From contig CAWGBN010000006.1 in NCBI GenBank assembly GCA_963820825.1, forward strand, positions 288,001 to 352,000: 64,000 bases of DNA, read 5' to 3'. Within the stretch, counting starts at the first letter, position 1; every line of letters begins with the position of its first letter. Made by a program: the position numbers and the translations under genes. A model generated the notes under the pieces. The model had not been told where the DNA came from, ran no database searches, and saw only the letters and a program-made list of their open reading frames with translations. Positions 44,703 through 55,014 of the stretch are shown in pieces. This DNA is from Vulcanimicrobiota bacterium. Its GTDB lineage: Bacteria > Vulcanimicrobiota > Vulcanimicrobiia > Vulcanimicrobiales > Vulcanimicrobiaceae.

Positions 44703-46973
44703 CTACTCCTCGTCGCGACGAGCGTGCGGGCGTCGCCGCCGCCGCATCGGCGGCGCGCCGGGCGCTCCCGCCGGTGGAGCCGACGAAGCCGACGGAGCAG
44801 AGTCGCGCGTCTCGCGCGGAGCGCGCGGACCTCGGCTGTAATCGCCGTTGCCCGAAACGCCTCCCAAGAGCGCTTTGCGCGAGAGATTGATCCGGCCCTG
44901 GCCGTCGATCTCCATCACCTTGACCATGACCTCGTCGCCGAGTTGCACGACGTCTTCGACTCGTTCAACCCGCGTCGGTGCGAGCTGGCTGATGTGCACC
45001 AGCCCTTCCTTGCCGGGGAGAATCTGCACGAATGCGCCGATGGTAATGATGCGGGTGACTTTACCGCGATAGGTCTCGCCGACGAGAACCTCCTTGGTGA
45101 GGTTCTCGACAATCTCTTTGGCCTTGTCGCCGGAAGCGCCGTCGAGCGAGGTGATAAAGACGCTGCCGTCGTCCTCGATGTCGATCTTCTCGACGCCGGT
45201 GTCGGCGATGATCTTGTTGATGACCTTTCCGCCGGGTCCGATGACGTCTTTGATCTTCGCGGGGTCGATCTTGACGATGATCATCCGCGGCGCGAATTCG
45301 GAGAGCTGCTCGCGCGGTGCCGCGATCGTCTCGACCAGCTTGTCGATGATCGCGTGGCGCGACTTACGCGCTTGCTCCATCGCTTCGCGCATGATCGCGA
45401 TCGTGACGCCTTGCACCTTGATGTCCATTTGGATTGCGGTGATGCCTTTTTTTGTTCCCGCGACTTTAAAGTCCATCTCGCCCAACGCGTCTTCGAGTCC
45501 CTGGATGTCGGTGAGAATCGCGTACTTGCTGCCTTTGAGGATCAATCCCATCGCAACGCCGGCGACGTGTTCGCGAATCGGAACGCCGGCGTCCATCAGC
45601 GCGAGCGTCGAACCGCAGACGGAGGCCATCGAGGACGATCCGTTCGATTCGAGCACTTCGCTGATCAGCCGCAGCGTATATGGAAACTCGTCCTTGGGTG
45701 GAAGAACGGGCGTGAGCGCCCGCTCGGCGAGGTGGCCGTGGCCGATCTCGCGCCGTCCCGGACCGCGCATCGGGCGCGTCTCGCCGACCGAGTACGGCGG
45801 GAAGTTGTAGAAGTGCATGTAGCGCTTGTCTTCGAGCTCCATGATGCCGTCGAGCCGTTGCGCGTCGCTCGTCGAGCCGAGGGTGGCCGCGGTGAAGACC
45901 TGCGTCTGGCCGCGGGTAAAGACTCCCGAGCCGTGAACGCGCGGAACGTAATGCACTTTGCACCAGATCGGGCGGACTTCATCGGGCTTGCGGCCGTCGG
46001 GCCGAACTTTCTCATCGACGACCATGGTGCGCAGCTCGTCCTCTTCCATGGCCTTGACGATTTTGTTGAACGCTTTGGCGGAAGCCGGTTCCTCGAGCAG
46101 CGCCTTGACGTTCTCGTCCTTCTTGCCGCATCGCGCGAGCGCTTCGTCGACGTTGATTTCGCCGAATGCTAGTTCGCGCTTCTGCTTATCGACGGTTCGC
46201 ATCGCCTTTGCGACGTCTTTGGCGAACGACTTGCGCACCCAGCGCTCCAGGCTCTCGTCGACGTGCGAGACGGGATATTCGCGCTTTGCCTTTCCGGCTT
46301 TTTTCGCGAGCTGCTCGATCGCTTTGACGATCTTGCGAATCTCGGCGTGTGCGAACTCGACCGCGCCGAGGAATTCCTCCTCGGCAATCTCGTCGCCGCC
46401 GCCCTCGACCATCATGACCGCATCGGCCGTTCCGGCGATCACGATGTCCATACCGCCGGTTGCGTACTGCGGCAGCGTCGGGTTGCAGACGTACTTGCCG
46501 TTTTCGTCGCGACCGACGCGAACCGCGGCGACCGTCTTGTCGAACGGAATGTCGCTCAGTGCGAGCGCGGCGCCGGCGGCGCAGACGCCGAGGACGTCGG
46601 CATCGAGCTGCGGATCGATCGAGAGCACGGTGGCGACGATCTGAACGTCGTTGCGAAATCCATCGGGAAAGAGCGGGCGAATCGGACGATCGATTTGGCG
46701 CGAGCTGAGAATTCCGTGCTCGGGCGGACGTCCTTCGCGTTTGATGTAGCCTCCGGGAATTTTTCCGGCGGCGTACATCTTCTCTTCGAAGTCACAGGTG
46801 AGGGGAAAGAAGTCGATGCCTTCGCGAGGTTTCTCGGAGGCAGTGACGGCGCAGAGCACGACGTTTTGATCGCCATAACGAACCAACGCGGAGCCGTTTG
46901 CTTGCTTCGCCAGTTCGCCGGTTTCGATGGTCATCGTGCGCCCGCCGACCGTTAAGCTTACGGATTCGGGCAC
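44703..46973 (-). CDS. pnp: Polyribonucleotide nucleotidyltransferase
   Basis: ETGELAKQANG, DFFPLT, RREIGHG.LAERA, ESNGSSSMASVC, GEMDFKVAGT, KH and S1 domains. Confidence 0.98.
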   Translation of the reverse strand: MPESVSLTVGGRTMTIETGELAKQANGSALVRYGDQNVVLCAVTASEKPREGIDFFPLTCDFEEKMYAAGKIPGGYIKREGRPPEHGILSSRQIDRPIRPLFPDGFRNDVQIVATVLSIDPQLDADVLGVCAAGAALALSDIPFDKTVAAVRVGRDENGKYVCNPTLPQYATGGMDIVIAGTADAVMMVEGGGDEIAEEEFLGAVEFAHAEIRKIVKAIEQLAKKAGKAKREYPVSHVDESLERWVRKSFAKDVAKAMRTVDKQKRELAFGEINVDEALARCGKKDENVKALLEEPASAKAFNKIVKAMEEDELRTMVVDEKVRPDGRKPDEVRPIWCKVHYVPRVHGSGVFTRGQTQVFTAATLGSTSDAQRLDGIMELEDKRYMHFYNFPPYSVGETRPMRGPGRREIGHGHLAERALTPVLPPKDEFPYTLRLISEVLESNGSSSMASVCGSTLALMDAGVPIREHVAGVAMGLILKGSKYAILTDIQGLEDALGEMDFKVAGTKKGITAIQMDIKVQGVTIAIMREAMEQARKSRHAIIDKLVETIAAPREQLSEFAPRMIIVKIDPAKIKDVIGPGGKVINKIIADTGVEKIDIEDDGSVFITSLDGASGDKAKEIVENLTKEVLVGETYRGKVTRIITIGAFVQILPGKEGLVHISQLAPTRVERVEDVVQLGDEVMVKVMEIDGQGRINLSRKALLGGVSGNGDYSRGPRAPRETRDSAPSASSAPPAGAPGAPPMRRRRRPHARRDEE

Positions 46974-47064
46974 AATTTCTCCTAAATTCGAAATATTCTA
47001 TTCTTTTTTTGCCTCGTCAGCATTCGGCAGGGCCGAGCCGCGACCTGCCCTAAACGGCCCATCC

Positions 47065-47919
47065 ATGCCAGTTACCCCTGCAGGCTTGACCGAGCTCAAG
47101 CTCAAGGCCAATGACGTGCGTCAAGGCATTATTCGCTCGTTGCTCGCCGCCGGTTCCGGACACTCTGCCGGTCCGCTCGACATGTCCGACATCTTTGCGG
47201 CGCTCTACGGCCACTTGATGCGCCACGATCCCGGCAATCCCGAGTGGCCCGATCGCGACCGGCTGCTGCTCTCCTGCGGGCACATCGCGCCGGTTCGATA
47301 CTCGGCGATGGCGAACTTCGGATACTTTCCGCTCGAAGAGTTGCTGACGTTGCGCAAGTTCGGAACGCGGCTCCAAGGCCACCCCGAGCGCGTGCGTCTG
47401 CCGGGAACCGAGACGACGTCGGGTCCGCTCGGCGAGGGACTCGCGCAGGGCGTCGGCATGGCCTTCGGTGCGAAGATGGACGGCAAGGCGTTTCGCGTTT
47501 GGGTCGTCACCTCCGACGCCGAGCATCAGTGCGGGTTGCATTGGGAGGCGGTGCTGACCGGCGCGAAGTTCGCGCTCGACAATCTCACCGCGATCGTCGA
47601 TCGCAACTTCATTCAGATCGACGGCAGCACCGAAGACGTGATGCCGCTCGAGCCGCTCGCCGATAAGTACCGCGCCTTCAATTGGGAGGTGCTCGAGTGC
47701 GACGGTAACGATCTCGCGGCGTTCATCGAGACCGCAGAGCGCGCGGTGCACTGCACCGGCAAGCCGCAGGTAATCATCGCCAACACCGTGCCCGGCAAGG
47801 GCGTATCGTTCATGGAAGGCGATTATACGTGGCACGGCAAGCCGCCCAACGCGCAACAAGCGGAGCAGGCGTTGCGCGAGCTGGCGGCGCAGCGCGAAGG
47901 AATCGCTGCCGATGCATAG
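47065..47919 (+). CDS. Transketolase, N-terminal subunit
   Basis: SGH, DRDRLLLSCGH, RLQGHP, SGPLGEG, SDAE..N TPP motif, GKGVSFME..WHG. Confidence 0.93.
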   Translation: MPVTPAGLTELKLKANDVRQGIIRSLLAAGSGHSAGPLDMSDIFAALYGHLMRHDPGNPEWPDRDRLLLSCGHIAPVRYSAMANFGYFPLEELLTLRKFGTRLQGHPERVRLPGTETTSGPLGEGLAQGVGMAFGAKMDGKAFRVWVVTSDAEHQCGLHWEAVLTGAKFALDNLTAIVDRNFIQIDGSTEDVMPLEPLADKYRAFNWEVLECDGNDLAAFIETAERAVHCTGKPQVIIANTVPGKGVSFMEGDYTWHGKPPNAQQAEQALRELAAQREGIAADA

Positions 47920-48922
47920 CGGTACGAACGTTGCCGACGGCGCGGCCGGCGCGATGCATCTGGTCGATTATCGCAGCGGCGAGCTCAAACAGGTTCCGAC
48001 GCGCAACGGCTTCGGCGAAGGACTGATCGAGGCGGGCACGCGCGACCGCAACGTCTTGGGGATTTGTGCGGATCTATCGGAATCGACGCGCTTCGAGGGC
48101 TTCAAGAAGGCGCATCCCGAGCAGTACATCGAGATCGGCGTCTCCGAGCAGATGCTCGTCGCGATGGCCGGCGGCCTCGCCGCCGTCGGAAAGATTCCCT
48201 GGATCGCCAGCTACGCGATGTTCAATCCGGGACGTTCCTGGGAGCAAGTGCGCACGATCATGGCGCTCAACGAGACGAACGTGAAGATCGCGGGCGCGCA
48301 CGCCGGCGTCTCGGTCGGTCCCGACGGCGCGACGCACCAGGCAATCGAGGATATCGCGATCATGCGCGTCATTCCGCACATGATGGTCGTGGTACCGTGC
48401 GACTCGGTGCAGACGAAGAAGGCGACGCTTGCGCTTTCGGCGACTTGGGGCCCGGCCTACCTGCGCTTCGGACGGGAGAAGTCGGCGGTGATCACCACCG
48501 ACGAGACGCCCTTCGAGATCGGCAAGGCGCAGACGTTCCGCGAGGGCGGCGACGTTGCCATCATTGCCTGCGGCATCTTGGTCTATAATGCGCTGCTCGC
48601 GGCCGATCGTCTCGCCCGCGACGGCATCGAGTGCCGCGTCGTGAACAATCATACCGTCAAGCCGATGGACGAAGCGGCGATCGTCGACGCTGCGCGGAGC
48701 TGCGGCACGATCGTGACCGTCGAAGAACATCAAAAACATGCCGGCATGGGTTCGCGCGTTGCCGAGATCCTCGCGCAACGGCGACCGGTCCCGATCGAGT
48801 TCGTCGGCGTCGAGGATAGGTTTGGACAATCGGGCGACCCCGTCGAACTGATCGAGTACTACGGCATGGGCGTTGACGCGATCGTCGCCGCCGCCCGTCG
48901 CGCCTACGAACGCAAGGGTTAG
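47912..48922 (+). CDS. Transketolase, C-terminal subunit
   Basis: [41 protein letters not shown]. Confidence 0.93.
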   Translation: MHSGTNVADGAAGAMHLVDYRSGELKQVPTRNGFGEGLIEAGTRDRNVLGICADLSESTRFEGFKKAHPEQYIEIGVSEQMLVAMAGGLAAVGKIPWIASYAMFNPGRSWEQVRTIMALNETNVKIAGAHAGVSVGPDGATHQAIEDIAIMRVIPHMMVVVPCDSVQTKKATLALSATWGPAYLRFGREKSAVITTDETPFEIGKAQTFREGGDVAIIACGILVYNALLAADRLARDGIECRVVNNHTVKPMDEAAIVDAARSCGTIVTVEEHQKHAGMGSRVAEILAQRRPVPIEFVGVEDRFGQSGDPVELIEYYGMGVDAIVAAARRAYERKG

Positions 48923-49188
48923 CGGCGTAATCCGAGCGAGGAGATGAGCGAGCGGTAACGCTCGAGGTCGTTCGCGTGCAGATAGTTCAACAAACGGCGC
49001 CGTTGGCCGACCTGCAGTAGAAGTCCGCGGCGGCTGTGATGGTCCTTCTTGTGGGTCTTCAGGTGCTCGGTGAGCTGATTGATCGATGCGGTGAGCATCG
49101 CGATCTGCACTTCGGCCGATCCGGTATCGGTCGATCCACGGCCGTACTTGCCGGCGATCTCGGCCTTTTGGTCTTTGGTGAGCGGCAC
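48919..49188 (-). CDS. rpsO: 30S ribosomal protein S15
   Basis: [51 protein letters not shown] before GTG 49188. Confidence 0.98.
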   Translation of the reverse strand: MPLTKDQKAEIAGKYGRGSTDTGSAEVQIAMLTASINQLTEHLKTHKKDHHSRRGLLLQVGQRRRLLNYLHANDLERYRSLISSLGLRR

Positions 49189-49286
49189 GGTTGAAACTCC
49201 TTGGGCAGGATGGTCTCGCTCGGGTACAGAGTGCTCCACCGTCCCGGCGACCGGCATAGGATAGCAAAGGCGCCGCGCCCGCGCAA
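49189..49286 (-). promoter_or_regulatory. rpsO promoter and structured 5' leader
   Basis: TTGCGC (49286-49281)-17 nt-TATCCT with extended TG; irregular hairpin GGTCGCCGGG..CCCGAGCGAGACC (49252-49212). Confidence 0.55.
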
Positions 49287-49322
49287 GGGCTGCGCCTACA
49301 AGTGCAAAATCGGGCGTTTGCA

Positions 49323-50093
49323 ATGGATTTCGGAATACGCGGGCGGGTTGCGCTCATCACCGGAGGCAGCGCCGGTATCGGCGAGGCCGTTGCGCTGGCG
49401 CTGGCCGCCGAAGGCGTCAAGCTGGCGGTCGCCGCTCGTAATCTCGAGCGGTGCGAGGCGGTTGCCGATGAGGCGAAGCGCCGTTGCGCCGTCGAGGCCC
49501 GCGCCTTTGCCGTCGATTTGAGCGACCAGGAATCGATCGCCGCGATGCTCGAGCGGGTGCGCGAAGCCTTCGGCGAGGTCGAGATCGCGGTGCTCAACGG
49601 AGGCGGTCCCAAGGCCGGCCGGTTCACCGAAATGCCGGCCGCGGACTGGGACGCCGCCTATCGTCTCGTCTTGCGCAGCATGCTCGTCTTGACCGAAGCG
49701 CTCGTGCCCGCGATGCGCGCGCGGCGATGGGGGCGCATCGTCGCCTTGACCTCGACCTCGGTGAAACAGCCGATCGATAATCTCGTGCTCTCCAACGCAT
49801 TTCGAACGGGACTCGTCGCGGCGTTGCGCACGCTTTCGGTCGAAGTGGCCCGCGACGGCGTAACCGTCAACTCTATCGCAACCGGTCGCATCGAGACCGA
49901 TCGCTTGCGCAGCCTCTACGCCAACGATGAGAACCGGCTTCGCGATGCGGCGCGTGAAGTACCGATCGGGCGCATCGCGACGCCCGACGAATATGCGCCG
50001 ATGGTGGCGTTTCTTTGCAGCGAGCCGGCGCGTTACGTCACCGGGCAAACGATCTCCGTCGACGGCGGACTCGTTCGCGGTCTGTTCGGTTAA
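49323..50093 (+). CDS. SDR-family oxidoreductase
   Basis: [38 protein letters not shown]. Confidence 0.92.
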   Translation: MDFGIRGRVALITGGSAGIGEAVALALAAEGVKLAVAARNLERCEAVADEAKRRCAVEARAFAVDLSDQESIAAMLERVREAFGEVEIAVLNGGGPKAGRFTEMPAADWDAAYRLVLRSMLVLTEALVPAMRARRWGRIVALTSTSVKQPIDNLVLSNAFRTGLVAALRTLSVEVARDGVTVNSIATGRIETDRLRSLYANDENRLRDAAREVPIGRIATPDEYAPMVAFLCSEPARYVTGQTISVDGGLVRGLFG

Positions 50094-50099
50094 GCGCGG

Positions 50100-50753
50100 A
50101 TGGGTAGCGTTCGTGTTGCGAATTTCGGCGTCTCGATCGATGGATGTGGTGCGGGCTCGGGACAGGATCTCGAGCATCCGCTCGGCGCCGGCGGCGAAGC
50201 GCTCTTCGATTGGTTCTCTGCGACGCGCACGTGGTGCGCGATGCTCGGTCGCGACGGCGGCGAAATGGGGGTCGACGATACGTTCGCGCGACGTGGGTTC
50301 GAGAACGTCGGCGCGTGGATCCTCGGACGAAATATGTTTGGACCGGTGCGCGGGCCGTGGCTCGACGACGCGTGGCAGGGTTGGTGGGGTGACGAGCCGC
50401 CGTACCACACGCCCGTATTCGTGCTGACGCATCATCCGCGCGCGGAGATCGTCATGCGCGGCGGCACGACGTTTCACTTCGTCACGGAGGGCATCGAAGC
50501 GGCTCTTGCATTGGCAAGTAAAGCAGCAGGCCCGCAGGACGTGCGCGTCGGCGGCGGCGTCGCAACGATTCGTGCCTACTTGCAAGCCGGCTTGATCGAC
50601 GAGATGCACCTGGCACTCGCGCCGGCGCTCCTCGGGCGGGGCGAACGCCTCTTCGCCGATCTCGACCTGCCGGCGCTCGGCTACGCCGTCACGCAGACGG
50701 TGACCGGCGAGCGCGCGACGCACGTGATCGTCGCGCCGGGCAAGGTGCGCTAG
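50100..50753 (+). CDS. Dihydrofolate reductase/RibD C-terminal family protein
   Basis: SIDG, GAWILGRNMF, PVFVLTH, GGG, GLIDE, LLGRG.RLF. Confidence 0.88.
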   Translation: MGSVRVANFGVSIDGCGAGSGQDLEHPLGAGGEALFDWFSATRTWCAMLGRDGGEMGVDDTFARRGFENVGAWILGRNMFGPVRGPWLDDAWQGWWGDEPPYHTPVFVLTHHPRAEIVMRGGTTFHFVTEGIEAALALASKAAGPQDVRVGGGVATIRAYLQAGLIDEMHLALAPALLGRGERLFADLDLPALGYAVTQTVTGERATHVIVAPGKVR

Positions 50754-50779
50754 GGGACGGCGCGAATGACCGGGCCGAT

Positions 50780-51346
50780 ATGCAGGGAGTAGAAGGAAAG
50801 CGCGTCGCCGCTCTTATCGGCGACGGATTTGAGGAAATCGAGCTGGTGGAACCCCGGCGGGCCCTCGAAGAGGCCGGCGCGATCGTCACGATCGTCGGCA
50901 TCGACGAACGCTCGCGTCAGCGCATCCGCGGGAAGCGCGGCCTCGACGACGGTCAGAGCCTCCGAGCCGAAGAGCTCGTTGCAGATTGTACGGCCGAAGA
51001 TTTCGACGCGCTTCTGATTCCCGGCGGATCTTCCCCGGACCGGATTCGGACCGATCGGGAAGTGCATCGCTTCGTGCGCGAGTTCGATGCCGTCAAGAAG
51101 CCGATGTTCGCGATGGGACACGGCGCGCAAGTATTGATCTCCTCGCAGATCGTGCGCGGCCGTCAGGTGACCGGCGTACATTCGATTGCCGACGACATTC
51201 GAAATGCCGGCGGCCTCTATCGCGATCAGCCGACGGTAACCGACTCCAACTGGGTCTCTTCGCGCGGCAGCGACGATCTGCTCCAGTTCAACCGTGCGAT
51301 GCTCGAGAAGCTCGCGACGGCGACGCCCGCTCAAATCGGATCGTAG
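50780..51346 (+). CDS. PfpI/DJ-1 family protein, catalytic Cys absent
   Basis: GFEEIE..P..L.EAGA, FDALLIPGG..PDR.R, D.NWVSSR..DDL..F; AMGHG where the family has AICHG. Confidence 0.85.
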   Translation: MQGVEGKRVAALIGDGFEEIELVEPRRALEEAGAIVTIVGIDERSRQRIRGKRGLDDGQSLRAEELVADCTAEDFDALLIPGGSSPDRIRTDREVHRFVREFDAVKKPMFAMGHGAQVLISSQIVRGRQVTGVHSIADDIRNAGGLYRDQPTVTDSNWVSSRGSDDLLQFNRAMLEKLATATPAQIGS

Positions 51347-51906
51347 CGCGCCAGCGCCTCGCCGTATTGACGCAGGGCGAGAAACGCGATCACCGCGCAG
51401 AAGAGCAGCTCTCCCGGAACCGAGCGCGCCGCGGCGACGAGCGCGTAGGCGGCGCCGCTCGTTCCGGCTGCAAGCGCCACGTAGAGCGCGCGCGCGCCGC
51501 CGCGCCGAATCGTCGCCGAGAGTGCGGTCAACGTTACCGCGGCGACGGCCGCGATTGCAATCAATAGCGTGAGGGGAACCGCGGGTGCGTCGCGCAGCGC
51601 TTGCGCTGCGGCGTACGCAAGCGCCGCGAGCGCCGCAGCGGCGCACGGCACCAGCGCCTTCGCGCGCGCCAGCTCGCGTCCGAAGAGCGGCGCGCTCTGC
51701 TCGCAACGGTCGAGATGCGGATAGCGCCCCGGGCTCTGCGCGAGCGCCATTGCGATGCCGAGCAGCGAGAGCAGAAAGAGCGGAGCGGCGATTCCCGCCG
51801 GCTGAAAGAGTCCGGCGATAAAGGCCGCCGCGCACGAATAGAAGACGATGCGCCGCTGCGCGTAGAGGCGGGCGCGAAGAACGCCCAGCAGCGTGCGCAT
51901 CCTCAT
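51331..51906 (-). CDS. Hypothetical membrane protein (permease-like)
   Basis: Several TM segments, E.SAPLFGRELARAK loop; 4-nt overlap with the upstream gene. Confidence 0.65.
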   Translation of the reverse strand: MRMRTLLGVLRARLYAQRRIVFYSCAAAFIAGLFQPAGIAAPLFLLSLLGIAMALAQSPGRYPHLDRCEQSAPLFGRELARAKALVPCAAAALAALAYAAAQALRDAPAVPLTLLIAIAAVAAVTLTALSATIRRGGARALYVALAAGTSGAAYALVAAARSVPGELLFCAVIAFLALRQYGEALARYDPI

Positions 51907-52475
51907 GCTTGCTGGATTCCGAGCCCCAGCGTGGCCGGTGTAAAGACCCGGGCAGCGCTCGCGTCGGAATGAACGGTGAGCAACGCTCGGCGGCCGATCG
52001 CCGCGAAAATTTGCGGCGCGTAGGCTGGTTCGGGGCGATCGAGCACGACGAGCTGCGGCATGCCGACGAGCGCACCGATCAGCGGGTAGGCGAGGGCTTC
52101 GTGCATGCCCGCGAGCCGCTTGCGCAAGAGGGCGGCGTGTACGTGCGCCCGCTGCGTTTCCAGGTTCCAAAGGGCGGCGCGATAGGCGATATACCGGTCG
52201 AACTCATCTTCGTCGAGCGCGAACGGCTCGTGCGGAACGAGCGCGGCGATTCGCTTGCACGCGACCGATTGAACGTGCGGGTCGTAGTCGCCGATGAGGA
52301 CGCACCCGCTCGAAGCCTTGACGATGCCCGTTGCGAGCAGCGCGACGATGGCAGCCTCCTGCGGCGAGGCGACGTTGAGAGCGGCGCGCTCCCCCCGCGC
52401 GAGATCGAGCGTCACCGGTCCGGCGCAGAGGTCGCCGCGCGAAAACGTGGCGTCTCTCATGCGAAGCAAGGGCAT
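51903..52475 (-). CDS. Degenerate ABC-ATPase-like protein
   Basis: ABC scaffold (V.L.L..GE, G..ASSG.VLI, IA.LVP, P.LVVLD.P) without Walker A or LSGGQ. Confidence 0.6.
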   Translation of the reverse strand: MPLLRMRDATFSRGDLCAGPVTLDLARGERAALNVASPQEAAIVALLATGIVKASSGCVLIGDYDPHVQSVACKRIAALVPHEPFALDEDEFDRYIAYRAALWNLETQRAHVHAALLRKRLAGMHEALAYPLIGALVGMPQLVVLDRPEPAYAPQIFAAIGRRALLTVHSDASAARVFTPATLGLGIQQA

Positions 52476-52525
52476 TGCAGGAGGTACATTCGGCGGTCCA
52501 GAGCCAACTCCACCATTCGCGCCTC

Positions 52526-54247
52526 ATGTTGAGCAATAGCGAAGTCGCGCAGAAGCTGCTGGAAATCCGCACGCTCATGGAGATGGCGGGCGACTCCTTC
52601 TATAAATACATGGCCTTCGAAAAGGCCGCCGCCTCGGTCGAAAACGCACCGCCGCTCGGCGACTTGGTCGCGGCCGGCGAGCATCTCCAACTTCCGGGCA
52701 TCGGAAAGTCGATCGGCGCGGTCGTCGAGCAACTGGTGCGCACCGGTCGCGCCGACCAGCTCGATCAACTCCACGAACGCTTTCCGCCCTCGCTGCTCGA
52801 GGTATTGGGCGTCAGCGGCATCGGCACCAAGACCGCGGCGATGCTCTTCATCGATTACGGAATCGCGTCGCTGGCCGACCTCGAGGCTGCGATCGCGGCC
52901 GGCAGGCTCGCCGGCGTGCCTCGTCTCGGAAATAAGACGATCGAAAACTGGCGCCGCGGAATCCTCGCCTATCGCGGCCGACAGCGCCGCACGCCGCTCC
53001 CGCAGGCGCTCGTCATCGCCCGCGAGGCGATGGATTACGTGCGCGAAGGACCGCCGCTCGACCGCCTCTGCTACGCCGGAAGCTTGCGCCGGGCCGAAGT
53101 CACCGTCGGCGACATAGACCTAGTCTGTACCTCGCCCAACGCCGCCGGCGTCATCGCCCACTTCACCGCTTGGAAGCGTGCGCAGGCCGTGCTCGCGGAG
53201 GGTCCGACGAAGGCGAGCATCTGGCTTCCCGGCGGCCTGCAGATCGACTTGCGGGTGCTTCCCGATCATCTCTACGGAAATCTACTGCAGCACTTCACCG
53301 GATCGCGCGAGCACAACATCAAGCTCCGCGAGCAGGCCGTGCGCGCGAGCCTGCGCGTCAGCGAGAACGGAATCCTCAACCTCGAAAACGGCGAGGTCAT
53401 CACCTGCTCCGACGAAGCCGGCGTCTACGAAGCGCTCGGGATGCAGTACATTCCTCCCGAACTGCGCAGCGGACTCGACGAAATCGATCTCGCCCGCGCC
53501 CGCGCGATTCCGGATCTCGTGAAGTTGACCGACCTCTGCGGCGATTTCCACATGCACACGACCTGGAGCGACGGCGACGACTCGCTCGAGGAGATGATCG
53601 CGGCGGCGGCCGCGCGCGGCTATGCGTACCACGCGATCAGCGACCATTCGCAGGGACGCGGCTTCGGCCTCGCGCCGGAACGGCTGCTCGAACAGCGTGC
53701 GGCGATCGAGAAGCTGAGCGCACGCTACGGAATCGGCACCCTCTGTGCCAGCGAGGTCGACATTCTCCCCGACGGATCGATGGACTACGACGACGCAGTG
53801 CTCGCACGGCTCGACGTCGTGATCGGGTCGGTTCATTCGGCGGTGAGGCAATCGCGCGAGGAGATGACCGCGCGATTGATTCGCGCCTGCGAGAATCCCT
53901 ACGTCACGGTCATCGGCCATCCGACCGGACGCCGCTTCGATGGTTTTGCCGGCTACGAATTCGATTACGACGCAGTCTTCGCCGCCGCGGCGCGAACCGG
54001 TACGGCGCTCGAAATCGACGGACAAGCGGCGCGGCTCGATCTGCCCGCACCGCTCGCTCGCAAGGCCAAGAGCTTCGGGGTCACCTTTACGCTCGACAGC
54101 GATGCGCATCGAACGGGCGATTTGGCGGCGATCGAGTTTGCCGTCGGACAAGCGCGGCGCGCCGGGTTGACGAAGGCCGACGTGCTCAACGCGCAGCCGC
54201 TCGAGGCGGTGCGCGCTTTCGTCGCGCGCAAACGAGAAGCGGCGTGA
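52526..54247 (+). CDS. polX: DNA polymerase X / PHP 3'-5' exonuclease
   Basis: HhH motifs LPGIGK and V.GIG.K, AGSLRR..VGDID, QIDLR, FTGS..HN; PHP HMHT.WSDG, SDHS, HPTGR, DSDAH. Confidence 0.95.
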   Translation: MLSNSEVAQKLLEIRTLMEMAGDSFYKYMAFEKAAASVENAPPLGDLVAAGEHLQLPGIGKSIGAVVEQLVRTGRADQLDQLHERFPPSLLEVLGVSGIGTKTAAMLFIDYGIASLADLEAAIAAGRLAGVPRLGNKTIENWRRGILAYRGRQRRTPLPQALVIAREAMDYVREGPPLDRLCYAGSLRRAEVTVGDIDLVCTSPNAAGVIAHFTAWKRAQAVLAEGPTKASIWLPGGLQIDLRVLPDHLYGNLLQHFTGSREHNIKLREQAVRASLRVSENGILNLENGEVITCSDEAGVYEALGMQYIPPELRSGLDEIDLARARAIPDLVKLTDLCGDFHMHTTWSDGDDSLEEMIAAAAARGYAYHAISDHSQGRGFGLAPERLLEQRAAIEKLSARYGIGTLCASEVDILPDGSMDYDDAVLARLDVVIGSVHSAVRQSREEMTARLIRACENPYVTVIGHPTGRRFDGFAGYEFDYDAVFAAAARTGTALEIDGQAARLDLPAPLARKAKSFGVTFTLDSDAHRTGDLAAIEFAVGQARRAGLTKADVLNAQPLEAVRAFVARKREAA

Positions 54248-55014
54248 TTGCCGGAGGGAGGCTCGCCGGCCCGCAATCGTCGGCTTTGCGCAACGAGAAG
54301 CCGCCGTTGATCTTCGTGCACGGCGTCGGCTCGACGGCCGCGATTTGGGATTATCAGCTGCGCGAATTCGGCGGCGAGCGGATCTGCGCGGCGATCGAGT
54401 TGCGCGGCAACGGCGCGAGCAAACCCGATCCGGACCCGGCGACGATCACGCGCGCTGGTTTTGCAGAAGACGTGCTGGCGGTCGCCGATGCGCTCGGGGC
54501 CGAACGCTTTACGATCGTGGGCTGCAGTCTCGGAGGCGTGGTCGCGTTCGAGCTTTGGCAGCGAGCCTCGCACCGCATTGAAGCGATGGCGATCCTCGGA
54601 AGTTTTGTGCGCTACCCTGATGGCGCGCAGGTCGCGGAGCGCATCTCCGGTGAAGCGCGCGCCGCCGGATCGATGCGAACCTACGGCGAGCAGCGCGCGA
54701 CGAAGCTGGGTTTGCCGCCGGGCCGGTTCTCCGAAACGGTCGAGCAGTTCGCGTGTAAGTCGGTCGATTGTTTCGTGGCTTCGACGCAAGCGACGTGGAC
54801 CGGCGACTACCGCGACGTTCTGCCGAGCATAAACGTACCCACACTCGTCGCATACGGCGAGCACGACGTAGTTGCGCCACGTCCTCTGGCGGAGGAGATT
54901 GCAGCCGGAATCTCCAGCGCGGCGCTTGCGACGATTCCCGCCGCCGGCCACGTCGCAAATGCCGACAATCCGATGGCATTTAACGCGCTCTTGCGAACGT
55001 TTGTCGAAAGGTGA
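54244..55014 (+). CDS. Alpha/beta hydrolase
   Basis: FVHG, LRG.G.S, GCSLGG, VPTLV..GEHD, AGH; GTG overlaps the polX stop. Confidence 0.9.
   Translation: MIAGGRLAGPQSSALRNEKPPLIFVHGVGSTAAIWDYQLREFGGERICAAIELRGNGASKPDPDPATITRAGFAEDVLAVADALGAERFTIVGCSLGGVVAFELWQRASHRIEAMAILGSFVRYPDGAQVAERISGEARAAGSMRTYGEQRATKLGLPPGRFSETVEQFACKSVDCFVASTQATWTGDYRDVLPSINVPTLVAYGEHDVVAPRPLAEEIAAGISSAALATIPAAGHVANADNPMAFNALLRTFVER

Noticed and set aside
47026..47049. pnp leader hairpin as an RNase III site
   Set aside because: Only a 6-bp stem, too short to support the call.
53170..54243. N-terminal half of the 614-aa ORF
   Set aside because: Alternative frame inside polX; the hydrolase starts at GTG 54244.
3..54247. 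Ku and PolX as one NHEJ locus
   Set aside because: They are 52 kb apart and no ligD is in the window.
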